64,000 nucleotides of DNA, from NCBI RefSeq assembly GCF_009914755.1, contig NC_060934.1; one strand, written 5' to 3'. Shown here one piece after another: positions 54,043 through 64,000 of the stretch; the stretch's first letter is position 1; each line of letters starts with the position of its first letter. The stretch is from the human T2T-CHM13v2.0 reference genome, Homo sapiens. The translations under genes were made by a program, and so were the position numbers. The notes under the pieces were generated by a model. The model saw only the letters and a program-made list of their open reading frames with translations, did not search any database and had not been told where the DNA came from.

Positions 54043-54215
54043 CTTTTCTTCCTTTAGCAAAGCAAAATCTGAGGAAACTGACTGACTTGGGGGATTCTGT
54101 TGGTCAGTCACTTGCTACTTGGAAGAGATCACAAAATACGCAACTCTGGGATCTTCCAAAAGGAAGACTGGACAAGCAACAGCAATAGGACACCAGCTTG
54201 TTGAGTCCTGTGATC
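54043..54215 (-). other. Candidate 173-nt cassette (poison) exon in the FAM204A intron
   Basis: Acceptor ttttttctcttcgctggtctctttag|G and donor AAG|gtaagg; in-frame TGA at codon 29. Confidence 0.45.
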
Positions 54216-55304
54216 CTAAAGAGACCAGCGAAGAGAAAAAATCCATACCATTTCTAAGAACAATAGGGCAGCCATACTCTATGTCCCTGCTGGTTTTTCT
54301 TATGTGCCTGTCTTACGCTTTACTCGGAACTATCTCACAGACTCCAGAGCAGCTAGCATCTAACAGCAACTGGTAACACATTTCCAGAATTGTTAAAGGG
54401 ATTCAAGAGACACTTGTTCAACATACAGCAGGACATGGAATGCTTTATCATCACTAGTAATGCACTTAAGTATCAGTTATCTAGAAGGTTCTGTTTCTGA
54501 TCCAAATGAGGTAGATATTCAGACCAGACTGCCACCACCTTCTGCATCCCTAAGGACTGGTTACTGCTGCCTTGTGTGCTTTTCAGTCCCTGAAAGCTCC
54601 CTTAAATCTTGAGCCACTCCTCACTATACTCCCCCATCCTTAGAGCCATGAAAGGTTATCTACGCACTGGAGTCTCTCCCAACCTCACAGGTACTGCCCC
54701 TCTCTACCATTTCCTGACATTTTCATGGTCAAGTCTCCAAAATTTGGAGATCAGATATTCTACTGGTATAATTTTGCTATACTTTCAAGTACAATTACTT
54801 GAAAGTATATACTATACTTGAAAGTAACTATACTTCCAAGCTGGATAAGAAATGAAGCTACTATTTCTAAAAGACTTTCTATGGAAATAAAAGTTCCAAG
54901 TGCCAAAAGAGTCTACTTACTAACAAACAAAAGATATTACGTTTGTTGAATAGAATTTTAAAGATGATTTTCGGCACAGAGCTCTTCATAGGGAGAAGAA
55001 CTCCTAGTTTATTCATATAGAAGAAGCCACTGTAATAACAACTAACACTGAAATCCTACTGAGTTTATGGCACCATTCAACACACTTTCAAATTCACTTT
55101 ATTAAAATGAGATACCTGTACCTTTCTATTCCAAAATAGATTAATAAAATGCTGTTATACACAATGAAAGCTATACTCAGTGAATCAAAATAAGGCTACC
55201 TTAGAGATGAAACAGAGTAATAGTCAAACTGCAAGCACAAGAACTTATAAGATGGGAAGGGGAGAACTGTATCTTACAAGAAAAAAAACAAACAGTAAAA
55301 ATAC

Positions 55305-55880
55305 TTTGTGATCTATCTAGCACTTTCACTTCCGGGTACATACCCAAAAGAACTGAAAGCAGGCATTCAAACAGATATTTGTACACCAATATTCATAGCA
55401 GCATTATTCGTAATGGTCAGAAGGTAGAAGTAACCCAAGTGTCCACTGAAAGATGACTACATAAGCAAAATGCAATACAAACCCAGAATGTAACAAGTAC
55501 ATACAATGGAGTATTATTCAGCCTTAAAAAGGAAAGGAATTCTGACACATGCTGCAGCAACATGGAGTAAATTTGAGGACACTATGTTAAGTGAAATATG
55601 CCAGATGCAAATGGACAAATATTAAATAATTCCCCTTATATGAGATACCCATAGCAGTCAAATTCATGGAGACAGAAGAGTGGCTGTCCAAGGCTGGGTG
55701 GAGGGGAGAATGGGTACAGAGGTTAATGGGTACAGAGTTTCAGTTCTGCAAGACAAAAAGTTTTGGAGGAGGGTAGTGATGGTTGGACAGCAATGTAAAT
55801 GCACTTAATTCTACCGAACTGCACAGCTAAAAATGATTAAGACAGTAAATTTTATGTTATGTACATTTTACAATTTAAAA
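55305..55880 (+). mobile_element. L1MB-type 3' end
   Basis: catacccaaaagaactgaaagcagg...gggtacagagtttcagtt...aaattttatgttatgtacatttta. Confidence 0.88.
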
Positions 55881-57123
55881 ACCTTATATAAAATGTCAGC
55901 TTATTTTCTGAAAGGCCATATAACTGCCATTTATGTTATTTCTTGGCTATTTCCCTAAATGAAGTCCATGGCTTTATAATTTCCTTTATATTAGTCATTA
56001 ATATATATTCTCTCTCACACACACACACAAACACATACACACACATTAAACACAGAAGTATTTAATGTGACAAATGATTTTAAAAGGTTTAAAGAAAAAA
56101 ATATAATTTCTGAATCCCCTTTCTGAACTTGTTTTTTCCCTACGCCAAAATAAAAAATTCACAAGATACTTAAAGCCTGCAGCCAAAAAGAAAAAGACAA
56201 AACGAAAAACGCAAAAATCACAACAAACATCCATCCACAGTAGATATTTTTACATCAGATATAATGATGGAAGAGTGCAACAGTATTTCCATAGAAGAAT
56301 TTGCTGAAATCACAGTTATCTCTGGTCTCAGTTTAGGATAAAAAGTCCACCTGCAAGTCAGAATAGTGAGTGTGGCCAGTAATTTACCCAGATAACCCAT
56401 GATGCTCTCTACGTAACGAAACACTATGGAGTAGTTAAAGTCTGAGGTGAAGGAGGGAAGGATCAAGGCACTAAAAAAAAAGACTATGGTGGAGATTTTT
56501 TCCTAGAAAGGAAAAAAAGGAATTACAAAGCAACAACAATAATAACAAAACACATGCCAATATGAGCTCTTTAATCTATATTGACATTAATTCTCAACTG
56601 GGGGAATTTGCCCACACCCCACCTCCAGGAGTATAATTCAGAATCTTCTTGTGGCCTTCTGTACTTGGCAAAAGAATACCCAATATATCTATTAGTTTTA
56701 TACTATAGAAAAAAAGAAAAAAGACCCAAAATTCTTTAGGGCTGAGGGGGATGTGCTGAGCAAACAGTAAGAAAGCATTTTACCAAGGGTTAAGAAAAGG
56801 TTCAGGGATGTGGCCTTAGAATACACAGTTGCCCTCAGAGTTCAAATGAGTTAAAGATGCAAATGGAAAAGAAAGCTAGCATTTTAATCATACCTGAAAC
56901 AAACCTCTCTGATCCAGGTAAAATCTAAGGTTCAGTATCAATCATGGATTATTTCTAGCAAGTTTTAGACCAGAATGATTTAAAAACATTAAAGACAAAA
57001 TAAAACCTAGCATTTCAAAATAAATGACAGAATAAAAGAGAAGAAAATGGACAAAAAGGAAAACCTCAGATGAAATATTTTAATACTGAACTTATTAATG
57101 ATCATAAAAAGAATACAAATTTA

Positions 57124-57261
<138 letters not shown>

Positions 57262-57309
57262 CTAGAAAAAAAAGAAACCTAAAATTAAGGGCTGGAAGGA
57301 AAGCAAACA

Positions 57310-57780
57310 TTTGCTAGCCAAGACCATGTCACAGAATTATACTGAATGTGTTACACAAGTAGACCATTAATTCTCACAATAACACCAGAAGGTAGCTGCT
57401 ACCATTCCCATTAGTACCAGAAGGCTGAGACAGTAAATGGCTTACCTGAGGTCATGTAACTTCTTGAACTAATAAAAATAAGACGCAAATCCAGATTTTT
57501 GTGAATCAAAGCCTATGCTTTCCCTTAATAACAACAATAATGTTAATGATAACAATAGCTAAAAATTATGGAGTGTTTATTACGTGGCAGATTCTGGGCT
57601 TAATACTGTAAAAAAGCTCATTTAATTCTTATAACAACTCCATGAATAATAATGCTATCCTGTTTTAAAGATGAGGAAACAGAGCCCAAGACTCCTGAAC
57701 TTGGCCAAAGCCAGCGTCTGTAAGTAGTAAAGCCATCACATGAATTCAGGTTTGCTCAGAGCCTGCATTCTCAACCACAA
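57310..57780 (-). mobile_element. Two MIR fragments
   Basis: ttctcacaataacacc... and ttttaaagatgaggaaacagagcccaag. Confidence 0.65.
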
Positions 57781-58832
57781 GTTTCTTCTGTCCCTTTTCT
57801 TACTGCCCATTCCTATAGCTCAGGACTTTCAGTCAATAGCCTCCACAGCCTTTGACTATGACCATTAGGCTGAATATTAAACAGCAGAGGAAAATTATAC
57901 ATAAGAATGATTTTATTTTCTTATGTATATGTTTTTATTTACTAAAGATACTTCAGGAAATCATAATTAATATTTTCATGGGATTACCAAACAGACTAGG
58001 GTACAATGCGTTACACATTTATAAAAAGATGCTTAGACTTAAATAACTGGAGTTCTAGTTTGTGAAAATAGTTGCTACAGATAATAAAAAATTTAAAAGA
58101 TGGTCTAATATATGCTTCTTAGAAGCAAATTTTATCCCAACAATGGCTTATCTAGTCCTTTAACTTCCACATTCACAGTTAATACTCTACCTCTTACAGA
58201 CTTCTCCTCCTTATTTCATAACAGAAGTCCTAAGAATGTCTCTTCCATCAGTCTATTGTTTGAACATGCCAATCAACTGAGAGAATTTTGTTCCTGTGTA
58301 GCCTTTGTTGAGATGAGATGTAAAAAATAACAACATAATTTGCCTAAAAAGGTTACAGAAATAAAGACCAGTGACGCTGTCACTGATGTCTGTTGCTAAG
58401 AGAAGACGATTCCTTCTCACAGACCCCACCTAAGTACTTAATACCTGCAAGGCCAACAGACTTTTCTGCTTGCTTTCCTGTGTAGCTGGAGACCATTCAA
58501 CAGCGCTTCATAGTCTTTGACCTGAGGCCATACGGATCTAATGCTCACCACTCATTCTTGTCCTGTGATCATCTACCAGTCTCCAGAAACATCCCTTTCT
58601 TCCATTTCTGCAGAACTCTTCTCCTGATGGTCCAAACAACACCCTGGGACCTCTAACTTGATGCACTTCAGAAATCTATACTCTAGGCCAGTGCTGCTTC
58701 AGTCATGGCCTGTGTACCAGGTCTGGTCTGTACACAGTGCCAATCCATGAACTGTTTATTTTGGTCCACGTAAAGATAAGGAGCTTGTGCCAGAATACAA
58801 ATCAGCTTCATGACTAAACACAGTTTTGTACT

Positions 58833-58998
58833 GGCCGGCATGTTGACACACACCTTTAGTCCCAGAGCTACTAGGGATGCTGAGACAAGAGGATTGTTTG
58901 AGCCCAGGAGTTTGAGGCTGAAGTGGGCTATAATCACACCACTGCGGTTTAACCTGGGTGACAGAGCAAGACCCTGTCTCTTAAAAACAACAACAAAA
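58833..58998 (+). mobile_element. FRAM / AluJ right monomer
   Basis: Single arm (ggattgtttgagcccaggagtttgaggctg) with TSD core acagttttgt on both sides. Confidence 0.8.
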
Positions 58999-59366
58999 CA
59001 GTTTTGTCCAGATGGCTTTTGCTGGGGGTAGTCGGGGACAAGAATTTCTCCATAAGGAAAGTAGTACACTGAGTTACATTCAGGCACACACTCCTTATCT
59101 CTTTGTATATCAATGCACTTGGAGTAAGACTGCTGTATGTCATGTTATAGACATTGCCTGAAAGTTCCGCCTCCACAACTTCATAATCTAGAATTCTACT
59201 CCCTGATACAATTCTTCCACTCACCCCAAGTCTTTCTACCTAATTCATCTGCTTTGCCTTTACTGGAACCTCATTCCCTGGCACGGTCCTTCAGTCCCTT
59301 CTTAGATACTCCTTCTCCCTCTCTAACTTGCAACCCACAATTACCATTATCAACTAAACTCTAAGC

Positions 59367-59808
<442 letters not shown>

Positions 59809-59829
59809 ATGTCCTCATTCTTAAAACTA

Positions 59830-60810
59830 CCCACTATCTCCTCTGGTTGTCCCTTAATCACAGTGTTCCTCAAGTTTCTGACTAGCATATTTTTCGTCTT
59901 ACTTTTTACCCTCCCCAGTAATCTACTCTGTCCTGGAGCTTCAATTACTTTCTATGAGCTGGTTTAGCTCTCTAAATAATTAGAAACACCTGACTTCTCC
60001 CCTGTACCAATACCTACATCTCCAGCTACTTGCTAATCATCTTCACACTGAAGGCCTACAAAGGCAAGGTCTTCAATTTCATGATGTCTGTAACAAGCCC
60101 AACACTTGCTGCCCTGCTTCTCCTCCTCCTCAGTCACCCTTGATAGAATCCTCAGTTATCTTCAATGCTTCCAACCCCTTGCTCCTATCTGAACTCTATT
60201 TTGGCAAAAGTCTCTCATTTCTTCCTTCTGTGCTTCTTCAGGGACACGTGATCCCTTATTTGGAATATTATAACCATCTCCAAACTAGTCTTCTCTTTCT
60301 GAAACAGGCATCATGTCATTACCCAGCTTAAAGCATTACTTCATATTCCCTCTGAATAACATCCCACTCCCTTCACAATGGGGTCCCCAGATGCTTTCTC
60401 AACCCCATCTTCAGCAATTAAAAAGCTATGCTTTTTAATCTCTGGTCACATTTACCATTTTCCTAATGTTCCCTGTGCCTCTGATGTGCTTCTCTTTGAA
60501 AAATATTAATCATCCCTTTAGGCTCACGTCGAATGTTACCTTCTCTATCTACGCAGAGCTCCTCAGCCCTACATTCCTATGACCCCATCACCCTCCCCAA
60601 ACCCCACACCAGGCTCTCCACTCTGTGCTGTTGCTGTACCTTGTGTCCCTTCAGCACCTAACTTGTCTGACACACTACAGTGAGTTGTGTATTCTCCCCT
60701 CTTGAGTCCTATACTCAGTGAGAGCAGGCTGTGTGTCACCGGCTTGGTGTGTCCCAGAATCCAGCCCAGTTCCTTCTACATAGAAGACATTTGTTCAGTC
60801 TGTGCTACTG
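59830..60810 (+). mobile_element. L2 fragments
   Basis: Pyrimidine-rich decayed L2 ending tgagagcaggctgtgt...acatttgtt. Confidence 0.6.
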
Positions 60811-62861
60811 AGCTGATATTCACACTGCCGTCATCCATGTTTGCATTCATAGTGAAAGGACCCCACTCAAACTGGGAACATTTATTACATACCAACTACT
60901 CTGAGAAGCTTCCAGAGAATTCACAACTGTAATATTGAAGTAATAATGCCCCTATGGTTAAAAAAAGGTACACGTATTGTACTCATTTATATATACATCT
61001 ATCCTGGTACTAGAATATATACATTCCTCAAGGGCATGGAGAGTATCTTCTCCATCTTGGGCTCCCAGAGCTTAAAATAGTACCTGCACCTAGAACTTTA
61101 TTTAATTTTTACTGAAAATAGTTATTTTCTTTAAAAAATGTAAATACAACAGCCTCATTTTCCTGTGCAGAATATTAACCATCGCCTCAAATGTCACTGA
61201 CACATATTTGTATGTGTCAAAATCTATTTGTATAAAACATTAATATCAAACTACAAGTTTCCTTGCACTACAAATTCTTGCATAGCCTGATACCTCAACT
61301 CAGAACTTATCCAATCTCACGCAGGGAAGCAATCAAACTAGACCTGCTCCAACCATTCATCTCAACAACCTGCTCACTAACAGCTTCCATTCTTTTGCCT
61401 GTCCATTCCCCCAGCCATTAAGATCATAATCTAAAGGTAATAGCATATTACAGTGGAAAGAGCACAGGACTAGAAGACAGGAGATGTGGTCAAAGCTCTG
61501 GGTAAATGACATACTTGACTCATAAGCCTCTGTTTCCTCAAAGATAATAAGAAGACTGGCTTGAATGAGTAACCCTCCTAGAAATAAAAATTCTAGGTTT
61601 CTATCACATTTTCAGCTGTGTTTTTAGCCCTTTTCTCTTTCTGACAATTTATTTAAATAAAATGTACTACCTTCTTTTAGCTCTGAAAAACTCCTGGTTC
61701 CATGTACACCCAAACTTTGTTTCCATAAGAACTTATTAATATTCCAAATACACTCAAAACACTTAGTAAAACATTCCCATCTCCTTAAAGACTGTAAGTT
61801 CACAGCAGCTCACAAAGAGCACAGCTGGCAGGATCAGACCTAGGTTCAGACTAGCTCCTCCACTTATGAACTAAGCAACCCTGAGTGAGTTTCTAAACCT
61901 CTGTGGGTTGCAGTTATCTTACACATGCAATAAAATGAGAATAAAACCACATTCTCTGCAAGATTATGATGAGTCAAAGAACATATATATAGAATACCTA
62001 GCCACGTTTTTAGAATATAGTAGTCATTCAATAAATAATAAGGTGCTCCTATTATTAAACCTAAATATCAGGATACCATTATTGCAAAAGAGAAGGCTTA
62101 TCTCTATAAGGCTACAGACTGCATTATACTTCTTCAAGCTCAGACCCAAGTACAAGACCCAAGCATTCCACTTTGTCAGTAAGCAATCTCATGAAATAGA
62201 GTCTGAGTATTAAGGCTTTTTGAAAAGTTTTAAGCTGGACTCAAGAGTAGCCTTTATTTGACTTATCTAGAATGTCTTCCATACTATAGGAGTGGCAGGA
62301 GGCACAGAGGAGCTACTGATAGCCTGCAGCACCTTGGTGTGCTTCTAAGTTGCCTTTTGGCTAGAATCAAAACATAATTTATGATATATCTCAACACAGA
62401 CAAACCTAGGAATGGCAATTTGGCCACAGGTGAAAAATTTATCTAAACGAAGTATCTAACCCACGAGGCAACAATTGCCAATTAATTAAGTTTTAATATA
62501 GATGTCAAGAAGACAGGACTACAAATATCTAAGAAATGTATGGGTACTTGGTTTAACATTGTGGGCTAACATCTATATGTGCATATGTAGAATATCTTTT
62601 ATATGTGGTTAAAGCTTTTAAAGTCAAACTATACCACAATATATTTATATGAAAATTCTGCTATTAAATATTTATTCTGTTAATATATTCAATTTTTAAA
62701 GCTTAACACAAATGAATTATCCATTGAAGTTTGCATTACTGAACCTAAATATCTAGGAAAAAATGAGGCAATCTCTTCATAAAGAAAGGCAGTGGAGGGG
62801 CGGAAGAGGTACTTTCATACATAAATGTAAATCATATATTTATTCATAATTTTGTTACCTT

Positions 62862-62885
62862 TATATATATATATATATATATATA
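62862..62885. repeat. (TA)n microsatellite
   Basis: Read directly. Confidence 0.9.
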
Positions 62886-62913
62886 ATCATACCCACTTAA
62901 AATCAATTGAGTC

Positions 62914-63262
<349 letters not shown>

Positions 63263-64000
63263 CTAGATTTGGGACCAAATGACTTGGGTTTAAAGTCTCA
63301 TTTCACTTCTCACCTGGTTTGTTTTCTTAGGCAAATTATGCTGAGCTTCAGTTTCTTTATCTGTATTCTGAGAATAACACTGGACCTATCAACCTACCCC
63401 ACGGAAATCACACAGGAACCAAGAGGCAATGGTTTACAACTGATACCAGGGGATCTTCATGGTACCACTACAACACTCCCCATACCTCTCTCACCACACC
63501 CCTAAACCTCCCTCTCCTATACCTCCTCCCTCCACATCCCTATGCCCCTCCCTCCACCCACTCAAGGAAGCCAGCCTTTTAACTGATCTATGTATTGGAG
63601 AACCATGTAAGAGTCTGTTTGGAAAAAGCACTCTGCTAAAAACAAACAAACAAACAAACAAAAAAAACCAAGTTCGAAAAAGCTACACTATACAATAGCA
63701 GTTTCCTCTCATAAAAAACTTGAAAAATTCATCAAAGACATTGTACAATTACTCTAACATTTAATAAAGTACCTCTGGTTTTTCATGCCAAAAAGTATCC
63801 ATTAGGTATACATAAAACTACTTCAATAATGACTGCTGACTAATCAAACTGATTCAACTAAAGAATACTTGAGACATTTATAGTGAAATTAATGAGTGAA
63901 ATTTATTCTAAAGAAATTCCCACAGATTCAAAATAATTATGTTATGATTACAGAATTACTAGTAAGTCCCAGAACTGCTGCCAGAAACACAATTATAGCT

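Overview
Primate, almost certainly human, genomic DNA rather than prokaryotic sequence. The right part holds the 3' half of FAM204A (C10orf84; chr10q26 from memory) on the minus strand. Its last three coding exons (57172-57261, 42220-42326, 41870-41921) have canonical GT-AG sites and splice in frame to 82 aa ending ...[24 protein letters not shown]. Left of 41870 lie the 3' UTR and downstream intergenic DNA, rich in Alu, MIR, L1, L2, MaLR/ERVL solo LTRs, DNA transposons and microsatellites. None of the supplied ORFs is a credible gene, and I cannot support a new multi-gene biological system here. The best leads are: (1) a candidate 173-nt NMD 'poison' cassette exon in the long FAM204A intron; (2) a tailless 5S rRNA retropseudogene with target-site duplications; (3) repeat-poor, homeobox/TCF-motif-dense intronic blocks that look like deeply conserved developmental enhancers; (4) possible tandem poly(A) sites and an inverted Alu pair; (5) a short CpG-undepleted patch of unexplained origin. 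Repeat subfamily calls and most repeat boundaries are by-eye estimates.
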